Assembly: GCA_964643725.1 (NCBI GenBank)
Contig: CAZXTL010000004.1
Location: 27,874 to 91,873 of the forward strand
DNA from: an uncultured Candidatus Marinamargulisbacteria bacterium
GTDB lineage: Bacteria; Margulisbacteria; Riflemargulisbacteria; GWF2-35-9; DYQY01
Direction: 5' to 3'
DNA: 64,000 nucleotides
Shown here: piece by piece, positions 1 through 10,600 of the stretch
How the letters are laid out: every line of letters starts with the position of its first letter
Numbering within the stretch: position 1 is the stretch's first letter
Position numbers and translations under genes: made by a program
The notes under the pieces: model-generated
The model's input: only the letters and a program-made list of their open reading frames with translations
Database searches by the model: none
Told to the model about the DNA's origin: nothing

Positions 1-73
1 CGGGTTAGTAGTTTCTAAGAAAATCTTAAAAGTACTTTTTTTATCAAATGTTGGGTCAGAGAATGGCTTACCA

Positions 74-1702
74 ATGTTAAAGGTAGCTCCAAATCTTGGG
101 TCACAAAGACTTGCTCAACATTTACGAATCAGTTTGCCGTGTGATGCTGTAGTTTATGATGCAAATTTAGATAGGTACATAATCGGTGCCAATAAAGAAA
201 TATTTGGTGCTAAATGGGATATTGTGGCTCATGGATATATGGACCACGTCATACATAATGATATACAAGTGTTAAATATTTTATATAGAAAAAATCCTAA
301 TGCTCTATTTGTAGCAGGTGGGCCTGAGATATCAAGAAACTCTATTCAAGCAAATACTATTGTTTTTAAATCTATTCCATATGACATTGGAGTTCTAGGT
401 TCATCATTTGAAGTTATGCGATCTTTAGCAAATACAATGATAGAAAACTATGAAGAACCTAAAGATAAATTATTGGTAAGTATGAAAAATGCCAGTAATA
501 CTTTTGTTCTTTCAGATGGGAATTTAGAGTTTGGAAATAAAACAAATGATCGTACATCTTTCGATGAAAACTTGTTATCGAGGGCTTATGAACCGATCTT
601 AGGTAGAGATATATTTCATAGAATAACATATAGTGAGATGAATACAGCTATAAATATGGGAGGAACTCCCTTAGATAATATTGGAAGAAATGCACTTAAA
701 GTTTTGATATCAAATAAGTGTACTGCTAGATGTATATTTTGTGGAAGTAGAAACTTTATAACAGATGAATTTTCTGTAAGGGGTGCTTTTCAGTTTATAC
801 GTGAAGAATTAGCAAGTGGGCGAAAGTATGATTCTATTTCTTTTCGTGATAATGATTTATTTAATACACCCAAAAAAGCATTGGATGTTTTGGATGGGAT
901 GGATAAGTTATGGTCGGAGACTGGTTTAATCCTTCCTATTAAAGCTCAAGCAAAAGTAAGATCTATTCTAGATTTAATGAAGATAGATAAAGGGATATTG
1001 CAAACTTTTAATAGGTTAGGATTTAGAATTATATCTTTTGGTATTGAAAGTTTTTATGCGCCAACATTAGATTTTTTTGGTGGAAAAACAACAGTTGAAG
1101 AAAATCATGAGGCTATTAATGCATTATCTGATGCTGGCATTAGGGTGGGGATGTTTATGATTCTTGCTTCACCAGTAGACACAATTGATAGCATAATTTT
1201 TTCTGTTAAAGAAACAATAAAGTATTTGAAAACTAAAAATGTTTTTGTTCAAGTAGCTTCTAAAATTAATCTAGCAAGTTCCTCCTTATTAGAAACTAAC
1301 GAAAGATTAAGGTCACAGATAAGAGAGAATCATTATGGTTTTTTGAATGAAAATTTACGATATCCATTTTTGAAAAATCCGTTAATAAGGGAAGCTACAA
1401 TTGGATTGAATCCAAAAGTCTCAGACTTATTTAGCAAGATACAAGGTGGAAGTTTGATAAGAGTACTTCCGGATTCTTTATATTATAAAACGTATGATGA
1501 ATTAAAAGATAAATATGGATTAGGTTTGATTAATCAGTTCTCTGTGAATTTATCTGCAATAGTGTATTTAATTACATTTGTTAAAGGTGTTGCAGAATAT
1601 TATCCAGAGTATTTGTCTGTATCTAATTCTGATTCAATGTTGGTTGATTTGTATGATGTTTTCGACAAGATGTTTATTGCAGAGCATGCTAATCATGATT
1701 AG
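74..1702 (+). CDS. Radical SAM domain protein, possibly 5'-incomplete: the frame is open from nt 2 up to the first ATG at 74
   Basis: The CxxxCxxC motif (CTARCIFC) sits about 220 aa into the ORF. A HemN/class-B-like 'RIISFGIESF' (GxES) motif lies about 95 aa further downstream. The ORF is long and uninterrupted in AT-rich DNA. No stop occurs in-frame upstream within the window, so the true start may be before nt 1. Confidence 0.6.
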   Translation: MLKVAPNLGSQRLAQHLRISLPCDAVVYDANLDRYIIGANKEIFGAKWDIVAHGYMDHVIHNDIQVLNILYRKNPNALFVAGGPEISRNSIQANTIVFKSIPYDIGVLGSSFEVMRSLANTMIENYEEPKDKLLVSMKNASNTFVLSDGNLEFGNKTNDRTSFDENLLSRAYEPILGRDIFHRITYSEMNTAINMGGTPLDNIGRNALKVLISNKCTARCIFCGSRNFITDEFSVRGAFQFIREELASGRKYDSISFRDNDLFNTPKKALDVLDGMDKLWSETGLILPIKAQAKVRSILDLMKIDKGILQTFNRLGFRIISFGIESFYAPTLDFFGGKTTVEENHEAINALSDAGIRVGMFMILASPVDTIDSIIFSVKETIKYLKTKNVFVQVASKINLASSSLLETNERLRSQIRENHYGFLNENLRYPFLKNPLIREATIGLNPKVSDLFSKIQGGSLIRVLPDSLYYKTYDELKDKYGLGLINQFSVNLSAIVYLITFVKGVAEYYPEYLSVSNSDSMLVDLYDVFDKMFIAEHANHD

Positions 1703-2648
1703 AAATAAAGTTATTAGTTTGAATGTGTATTCATTTAATCTAGATGCATATATTGCAAAAACACACGGCCCTATTTTTATGAAGAATATTAAAGATTCTA
1801 AAGTAGTTCTGCTTTATCTTCCATTGAAGGAGATAGCTGAACTTAGAAGAAGTTTAATAACTATTAATAGATGTGTTTTATATGATGAAGGTGCTAATAC
1901 GTTTTATATTGTCGGAGCAAAGTATCCTAATCATAAAGAGAAATATTTAAATATACTTAGACATTTTGGGGTGACAAATATTGAGGAACAAGGCGATAAG
2001 AATATAGTATTTAACGAATTGAGGGGATTAGCAAAAGTTATTGCAAATCTTGCCCCAAAAACAATTAGTTTTTCTTTTTTAAATAATCTAACTGAAGCTA
2101 CTAGATTAACTTCGCATTTATTTATTAATGAGTTAAAGGGTTTTCCAGTTGGTCTATCTCAAAGGAATAATAATGTATTTTTAGATATTTCAAGTGTTTA
2201 TGGTTCAACAATTAATTGTTTTTTAATGGAGTTATTAAAAGAACATTCGCCAGAGAGGATTGTATATTATGGTCTTGCCGGTGGATTATCGTCTGCTTCA
2301 TTATATACAGCGTTTGATGTTGGGATAGGCAGGGGAATTAATAATGAAGAAGTAGTAAGGGATAATAAGGGAGCTACTTGTATGAGTGTTAATTCTGTTT
2401 TTGATGAGACAGATGACAATGTTAGGAAATGGTCTAAAGAAGGTGTGACATTAGTTGAACAGGAAATATTTCATCTATTTTCTGCAATTAGAGATAGTAA
2501 TTATAACGGTAAGGTTAATGCTTCAGTTGTTGTCTCAGATGTTTTTGGAGGAAGAGACATATCAAGATTAAATCAAGATAAGGTTAATGCAACGGTTAAT
2601 AAGGGGTTTCTCAACATATTTCGCAATATCGATGGATTTTCTGAGTAA
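1686..2648 (+). CDS. Hypothetical protein with a C-terminal PNP/UDP-phosphorylase-fold region resembling an MTA/SAH nucleosidase. The start is uncertain (ATG at 1686 or 1695), and the 1578 start in the ORF track is probably an over-extension.
   Basis: YYGLAGGL aligns to INTGSAGGL, VEQEIFHLFSAIR to VEMEATAIAHVCH, and VVVSDV to VRAISDV of Pfs-type nucleosidases, read by eye. The ATG at 1695 overlaps the ORF1 stop as ATGATTAG. The ORF is 320 aa in AT-rich DNA. Confidence 0.4.
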   Translation: MLIMIRNKVISLNVYSFNLDAYIAKTHGPIFMKNIKDSKVVLLYLPLKEIAELRRSLITINRCVLYDEGANTFYIVGAKYPNHKEKYLNILRHFGVTNIEEQGDKNIVFNELRGLAKVIANLAPKTISFSFLNNLTEATRLTSHLFINELKGFPVGLSQRNNNVFLDISSVYGSTINCFLMELLKEHSPERIVYYGLAGGLSSASLYTAFDVGIGRGINNEEVVRDNKGATCMSVNSVFDETDDNVRKWSKEGVTLVEQEIFHLFSAIRDSNYNGKVNASVVVSDVFGGRDISRLNQDKVNATVNKGFLNIFRNIDGFSE

Positions 2649-2688
2649 CTACTCGATATATTACAGGAATACAATATAGGAGTAGATA

Positions 2689-4536
2689 ATGGCAGAAAGT
2701 ATTAATCAAAAAATGAATGCAACATTAACACCATACACAAGCATAGTAAAAGGTGTTAAGAATAAAGAAATTAAAGCAGTTGGGACTGATCTTGCAACAA
2801 TAGATAGAACAGTATCCAGTATTGCAACTAATAGTGTTTCCTATAATATTTTGGAGCTAAATCCATCATTATTAGAATTAGTTGATCTTTTCCAAGATAG
2901 GTCAAAGTTAGAAGACTATACGGAGCCAACATCTAAAATGTATACAACAATCGATGGTCTTAAGATGGTTAAGTATGAAGATAGCGAGACAATACATACA
3001 GAAGGAAATGCTTATGCAATGTATCTGTTGTCTACATTAACAGATAGGACTTTATCAGAGGTTGATTATAAGGCAGTTGAGTCTTCGCAGAAATTATTCG
3101 ATGAACTATATTTAAATGGTAAAAAATATTTTGGGAGTTTGAATAATACATCTCTTATGCCTTGGGTTAAAGGTAGTAAAGATACTGCGACCGATGCAGA
3201 AGTTTATAGGTTGATGTCCTTGGTAATGGCGCAAAAAAACATAAACAAAGGACTGTGGTCTGCAGGTAAGGTTGATTATAAAGAAGAAATACAAAAGTTA
3301 TCTAAGGATATTCTTGATAATTCAGTGATATATATCACTACCAAAGATGGCACTAAACTAGCAGTGCCAGTATCTGGAACTAATTTTAGTGTGCCAAATA
3401 AAAGTAATTTTGTTAAAGAAACTGATTCTGAATATATTTTTCATTATAATATTTCCTATTCATTTGCATATGTGGCTAATTTGTTGTCTACTGTTGATGA
3501 ACGTTGGGCTTTGGTAAAGAATACTCAAAAAATGATAAATACGATTGTTTTACCTCAACATGGGCTGAGAGATTGGAATGCAGTAAAGATAAACAAATCT
3601 TCTGGAGAGATAATCTCAATACGTGATGCTAGTGAGTGTTTCCCTGAAGCGCAAAAAAATACTTTAATAGATAAAAGTATAGAATGGCCAAGGTTTTTAT
3701 TGGATCATGCATTTAATTATAGAGATTTTAAAGATAAAGATTCATTAGAGTTTTTAAAGATAGTTGGTGAAAGGTATAGATATAATCTAGGTTCTTTGCC
3801 TTATGGAGGGATTGTAAGTGGTTCAAGGAATGCAATAACAATAGCACAAAGCATGATTCCAACTTTATTAAATAATAAGTTAAGTTATGATAGTACCGTT
3901 GAATATAGAAATGAGGTTTTTCAATTCACTGGTTATGATAGGTCTCTCCGATTACATACTTTTAATCAATTGATTGTCGCTATGACTATGAATGTTGTTG
4001 AGAGCATGGTTGCTGATGAATTTAAAAAGGATGTCATAGGGAGTGCAACGGAACATAAAGAGATGAATGAGTCTTTGATTATTACGTTCCCTCGACCTGA
4101 TAGGATTTGGAATAAAAACATAGTTACAAGATTTGATCGTGATGGGATTTTGGTTGTAGAAGGTAGGCAGTTTGCTGATAATGACTTTGAACAAGTGCTC
4201 TTTGGTTCAATTACTATTCCAGAAGGTTATACAAAGTTAGACGTAGAAGTGCTTGATATAGGAAGTAAAAGGATATGGGGAGATAAAGCTTTTTCTGTTT
4301 TCTTAAATGAAGAAGAATTTAAAAGGTATGATTTAAATTCCTTGTATAAAATTGCTAAATTTCCTGCTCCTGAAGGTAGAGAGGTTGATGCTGAGAATAA
4401 GATGATTAAAGGTGGGATTAAGAAAGGCGACGTGTTTAGGTATGGCGTTAAACCAGGTCAGAACTATCAGTTGGGTATAATAACTTTTTGTAATCATGAA
4501 AATAATATGATTTTAAGGTTTAGTCTTAAAAAATAA
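2689..4536 (+). CDS. Hypothetical protein (615 aa)
   Basis: Long ORF with an AGGAG 7 nt upstream of the ATG. No recognisable motif. Same strand as, and directly upstream of, the first giant gene. Confidence 0.6.
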   Translation: MAESINQKMNATLTPYTSIVKGVKNKEIKAVGTDLATIDRTVSSIATNSVSYNILELNPSLLELVDLFQDRSKLEDYTEPTSKMYTTIDGLKMVKYEDSETIHTEGNAYAMYLLSTLTDRTLSEVDYKAVESSQKLFDELYLNGKKYFGSLNNTSLMPWVKGSKDTATDAEVYRLMSLVMAQKNINKGLWSAGKVDYKEEIQKLSKDILDNSVIYITTKDGTKLAVPVSGTNFSVPNKSNFVKETDSEYIFHYNISYSFAYVANLLSTVDERWALVKNTQKMINTIVLPQHGLRDWNAVKINKSSGEIISIRDASECFPEAQKNTLIDKSIEWPRFLLDHAFNYRDFKDKDSLEFLKIVGERYRYNLGSLPYGGIVSGSRNAITIAQSMIPTLLNNKLSYDSTVEYRNEVFQFTGYDRSLRLHTFNQLIVAMTMNVVESMVADEFKKDVIGSATEHKEMNESLIITFPRPDRIWNKNIVTRFDRDGILVVEGRQFADNDFEQVLFGSITIPEGYTKLDVEVLDIGSKRIWGDKAFSVFLNEEEFKRYDLNSLYKIAKFPAPEGREVDAENKMIKGGIKKGDVFRYGVKPGQNYQLGIITFCNHENNMILRFSLKK

Positions 4537-4611
4537 TGGGTATATCTCTTTAAGTAAGTGGGATTTTTATAAAGTTTGAACGATAAATTAATAACAGATG
4601 AAAGGATAATC

Positions 4612-7600
4612 ATGAAGAGTACATACTCTTATTTGCATAATATCCAAGGGTTAAGATACAAAGTGGCTTCTTTGGTAGAGACAGATATCCCCTCTTCCGT
4701 AGGAACACCAGACGTGTCTGGTTGTGCTAACACGCCTTTGGCACTTCCTTCTCCAGCAATAAATACAACAGATGCTAATCTAGCAATAGATGCTCCTATT
4801 GAACCAGAAAGACCTGATAATATAAATATAGAGCATGCAAATAATGCACAAAGAGCTATGAATGATAGTACTGTTCCTCCAAAAACTCCACCTGCTGTTA
4901 ACCTAAGCAATTCTTGGTCAAATTATCGAAGAAGTTTTGAAGTTATAAAACAGTTTATGATAAATAACTGGCAGTTAGTTGCTATGTTAGGAACTAATAT
5001 AGGACTTGAAGCTACATATAACTTATCTGATTATGGTCCTGCAGTCGGTGGCATAATAAGAGGGATAGATGCTACTTTATTCATGCATTGGGTTAGCATG
5101 AAGAGCGCTCAGGCATATGTTAAAGGTAAAATTATTGGTTTTAATGGCGGGTTAAGAAAAGAACTAGATAGAGTTTATAAAACATTTATTAATGGAAAAG
5201 ACCTTTCTTCTATTGAACAATTCCAAGTAGCTAATAATATGAAACTGTATTTTACGGTTTCATCTTTAGTTGCAGGAATCGGTGAGTTGAGAAGTAGAAT
5301 TCAACTAGAAGGTAACGTAAGTAATCTTACGGGTGTAAACAATCCTGCTGTTTTAAGTGACCTTATTAACTATTTAGATTCAGGTATTATTGAATTGACT
5401 GCTTTATTGCAAGACGCTAAAGCTCCTCAAGAGGTCAAAAATGCAGTTGCTAGACTTGCAGCATTTACGCCTGAAGAGGGAGACAATGCTTTGGTTGAGG
5501 CTTGGTTGAAAAACAGTGTTTTGCCAGCATTTAGCAATTCAGAAGACCAAAATGTCCAGATAATATCAACGTTTTTCCAGAAGAGGATGAATGATCCTAA
5601 TATTCAAATAGAGGAGAGTTTCCTTATTGCTTTTGATAAATTTTTGCAGGAAGATAATTCCCAGTTTCAATCAAAAATTAAATCCTTACAGAGAAGGCTT
5701 CTTCTAACACAGGCAACTCAGGTGATTATGGCAGTTAGCTTGCTTGGCATTTTAGGATTTAACACATTCACTCAAGATGTTAGCGCTATTCAAAAGATAA
5801 TGACTGTTTATTGCTTTTTAGCTTCTATTTTGTATTATGCGGTAGATGGTGCGACTAATTTTTATAATCAACTAAGAACATTTTTTGATAAGAATTTGCC
5901 AGATTTTGGCGTTCCATTAACTAATAAATTAGATAACCCAATGATGAGTGCGATTCGCTATCCCTTTGCTCATAACAACATGGAGTGGGTGTTTCAAGAC
6001 CTTATTTCCAACGTGCTGTTGGATGGAAATTTCGTAGGTACGGAGAATATATTTAGTAGCGCTAGTATGTTAAGAAGACAGTCTTATGGAATAGTAACTA
6101 TACTTAATGCAGCAAAAGCTAGATATGAGTTATTAAAACCACAGTTTAGTGATTTGCTTAAAGGGTTTAGTGAGAATGCCAAAAGATTGCTGCCTCTTTT
6201 ATTAAGTGTAGACAAATATCACCCAGTTGCTACCGAGATAAGCATTCAGAGAGCAGTTAATAATGTTTTCTCAGGGTATAAAGATAATAAGACAGGTTAT
6301 TTGACAACATTTGAAACATTATTATTAGGTTTCCCACAACAGGATGCCGGTAGACATAGAACAGAGCAGGGCAGATTAATTGTAGAAGCTGTTCTTTTTA
6401 GAATGAAGGGTGAACTTAATAAGGCAGGTTTATCAGATGACGCTATACGTATTTTGGTAGAGAGATTTAATATTGGTGATTTCAATCATTATGATTTTAA
6501 GAATATGATGGAAGATGCTTTAGTAAATGACTTGGGGATGGATAGTACAACTGAGAATTTTAAAACTATAGTAAAGACAATAATTGATAACAAAACCCAA
6601 TATCAAAATGAAGCTGTTATAGCTTATACCAGTAAAGAGGGAATCCCAGCACAGCAGGCAGCAGCTATTATGCATCAAATGCAGGTTGTATTTCAACAAG
6701 AATCAATGTTTGAAAGAATAGCAGAGATAGCTAATCTTTTAAGAAAAGGGATTACTATTGATGAAGAAGGTAACGCAGTTAATCAGGACGCTTTGAAAGA
6801 AGAGTTGCAAGGATTGTTAGCTAAAGCTTTCTTGGGAACAGATGTAGTTAATCAAAACATAGTAGAAATGGTCAATATTTTAGTAGCCAGTGGGGAACAA
6901 ATCACTCAAACATCTTATGATGCATTTACTTTAAAAGATCCAATGTCAGATGTTTCTATGGATGTTAATAAGTTTTCTCATCTAGTGAATGTCCGAAGAA
7001 GAATTGGAATTATGGGACTTAACGAAAAGAAGCTTAGAGGAGAGAACTTCGAAGCTAATCAGGTATTAACTTTATTTTACTCAATTAAAAATATGGTGGC
7101 CGATAAAAACAGTGGTAATCAGGCTGGATATAGAACTAAACTTGCAAATTTATATTTTATTTTAACCGGAGAACAATTAACAGCTACAACTGATGAAGAT
7201 ATTCAGAAAGCTTTTGAAAAAGTTGTGCAATCTTATAAGAGTTTATTAACAGATACACTTACAGATTTTAATGGTAAGTCTACTACAAAAAATATTACCA
7301 AATATAATGATTTAAGTTCAGAACAGAAGAATAATATTGATAATTTTCTAAGTGATAATCAATTTTCAAGAAAGTATACATATAATAAACAAACGGGAGC
7401 ACTTACTGTTATTGGACAAATGACTAAGGCTGAGATTAATATATTAAAAACAATTTTTCCAACAAAGATAGACATAAAAACTTTATATGATATGGAAAAT
7501 GATTCTCTTGGTAAAAACGAAGAGCATTTTAATATAATTAAAGACTTTGATGTAACATCTGCTCAAGCAGAGCAACATATGTTTGATATTGTCACTAGAC

Positions 7601-10600
7601 TTAATCTGATTGGTGTTGTGGATACTGGTCGGTTGATATTAGAAAATGGTGGACTTCCTGGAACAGCTCCAGGTGAGCAGAATTCATTAACTTTAGCTGT
7701 AGCTACTAGAGCAGCTATGCTTGCTGGACAAGCCGAAGCAAACTTTTATGACGATGAATCGCAAGTTAATAATGTTTTAGCTAATAGTGCTAGGTTTGGT
7801 AGATACGATGCTTATTTTAATATGGCTTTTAAACAAGCAGAAGAAGGAATTAGGCAAGGGCTTGGAAGCCAAGAAAGTTTGGATATGATAACAACAAAGA
7901 TCCCATCTTTAAGAACTTTATCAATGCATGTTATTGAGAAAGCGGTAGATGCCTTTCTGCCTTCATATGAAGAGAATCAACTCAAAATTGGACAAATGTA
8001 CCTTGGTATGGGCAGTGGATTAGCAAGAGACACCAGAATACTAAAGAATTTTGTAGAGTCATACAGAGATGATAGTTTAGGGCTAAGAACACATTTAGAC
8101 CCAAAGATTGATGCGGTAGCAGTGGCAAATGCAGAGCTTGTAGCCAAAGGTTCAGAGTTGCCACCTAAGCTTAAAGAACTAATTGACTTTCTATATCTTA
8201 ATTATATGTTTCAAGGTGATGCTAGAGGTAATATAAGACTTTTTGGTAAAACAACAGGTTCATTAACTTATGATCAGCTAGCTGAGTTAGTAATATCCAG
8301 TCTTGAGAATGGACAGATGGACGTTAGATTTAGACATGCAGCACGTGATTTTTATATTGATTTAGGTGGAAAAGATATAGCTTTATTAAAGGAAGCATTA
8401 GGTTCAGGATTTTTAACAGCAGGAGATGGGAAGAAAGCACAGATAAAAGATGCAGTTAGAGCATATTTAAAAGCAAGAGAAACTCAGGTTCAGAAACTAT
8501 CTGACTTAGAAGAAGTAGTTATGAATCATGAGATAAAAGGTGGAAATGTTCTGGGAGACAAGATGTTGTCTCTTTACAATGAACCAATTTTTAGACTTAT
8601 TTATATGAAACTTGCAGGAGTTTCTTATGAACAAGATGTGGCTCCAATGAATGTAGTTGATGGTTATAGTTCTGCTGGCGTTAAGAGTTGGCTAAGTACA
8701 CTTAATGCAAAAAGTGCGACAGAGGGTGAATATAAAAAGTATAATAAGATGTCTAACAATATTGTATTAGATGCATATAGTGATACATCTACAACTACTA
8801 GTCCAGAGTTAGAAGAGTTGAGAAGAAAACCAGCTAAGTTGCCTGCATTTATTACTGGCGGTAAAGCCGACCAGACGAATATCAATTCCTCACATTATGG
8901 TAGAGGCAGAATTGCTAATCAGATGAGAGGAACAAGGTTGTATGAGTATATTGCTCAAAGATTACAGATAATAAGTGGCAATTCAACTTTAACAAATATT
9001 GAGATTCCTCCTATGGTACTAAATAGATTTGAGTATGAAGTAACAAGTACTCTTCATAAGTCACAATCAGAAATGATGAAAAGTAATGCCATTTATTCAA
9101 CAGCATTACAGTTTATGGTGGATCAACTAATTGCTGGTAAAACACCGCAACAAGCGGGAGCTGCTTTGGTTACATATTGGAAGGATAACTTAGGGTTAAC
9201 TGATGCTGATGTTGTTGGTGGTTCTCTTAAAGGGTTAGCTAAGACGTGCGTTAGTTTTGCGAAAGTGCTTAAAGTTAATATGGCGATACCTAATTTGACT
9301 GGAGGGATAAGTGCTATTTATGCGATTAGTCAGGGGCAGAATCTAAACAATGTAGACAGTGCATATAGTGGTTATATTAATGGTATAGCTTTAGATGTTC
9401 CTATTAGTAGTGCAGATGTATCTGCGAAAATTGATGAATATATTAATAAATATATAACTGAAGGAAAGTTTTCATCTAAAGAAGCAACTGAACTTAGAAG
9501 TGTCGCAGAAAGAATGAAGAGAAATATCCTTATTAATGAGAAGATAAAGGATTTCACTGGACAGTTGTTAGCTACTAAAGATGATGCAGCTGCTTTTGCC
9601 GAAAAGGTTAAAGAGACAGCGCAGAAGATAGCAGAGGATGATCTTTTAGATCAAAGTTCCAAAAGATATCTGATTTATTATATGCAAGAAGTATATAGAA
9701 ACATAGCTGTGGGTAAGGGTCTTAGTGTTAATGATTGGTTGATTTTAAAAGGAGAATGGTATACGTTCCCAGCACAATTCTTGTATAGAACTCCTGGAGA
9801 TATGAATAAGGAAGGACCTTCTGGAAGAAGGTTGTTAGATTACTTGTTGCCATGGAAAAGCACTCAAACAATGTATCAGTCCTTTTTATTTACCAGACCA
9901 ATGACCATGGAAGAAGTTAATGCGCTAAATTCTAGTGCTCAAGGTCAGTTTGTGGGACTTACCAAGCAAGTTCCTGAAGTAGAGAACTTTAGAGGATTAC
10001 AAATCCCTGTTGGAAATATATTAAGGACATTTGCTGATTTTTTTGATAAGCAGGTTGCAGAAGAAGCAAATGTGATAATCGGAGAATATAGTAAATTTCA
10101 GAAGATGATTAGAGAAGCATCAAACAATGTTACCACTGCTGATACAGCTGAAAGTTTAATAAGTATCAGTTTAGCAGATATGGCTGTTAATAAGCCTAAT
10201 GATTTAATTAACATGGCAAAGGCTATTACAGGAGATAGTAGTATTAACAATGTTAGTGATGCGATAGATGCATTATTAGCTATTTATGATGCAAGAGAAT
10301 TTACTATAGACTTTATTCAGAAAAGACTAGATGCTTTGATTCGCTCTAAGCTTAGCATTAATACAAATCCAGAATATACACAGCTAAATGATTATTTCGA
10401 TGAGAATGTTATGCCTGGTTCAATGCTTGTATTGTACGAAAAAATGTTTGGTTTAAGAAAACCATCAACACACACTAATCAAGATGTAGATAATTTTAAT
10501 TTTGTAAATATCTTTTTAAAAGTATTTTATTTTTCTTATGATTGGGTTACCGGACTTTTTCAGAAAACTAGACATGGGATGATTCAGGGCTCACAGAATA

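Noticed and set aside
1578-1694. ORF-track start of ORF2 at 1578, overlapping ORF1 by 125 nt
   Set aside because: It would give a long out-of-frame overlap with ORF1. The in-frame ATGs at 1686 and 1695, at the ORF1 stop, give the usual coupled arrangement.
4576-4611. TTG starts at 4576 (ORF4) and 42843 (ORF8) used by the ORF track
   Set aside because: Downstream in-frame ATGs (4612 and 42852) have well-spaced AAAGGA and GAGGAG Shine-Dalgarno sequences, whereas the TTG codons do not.
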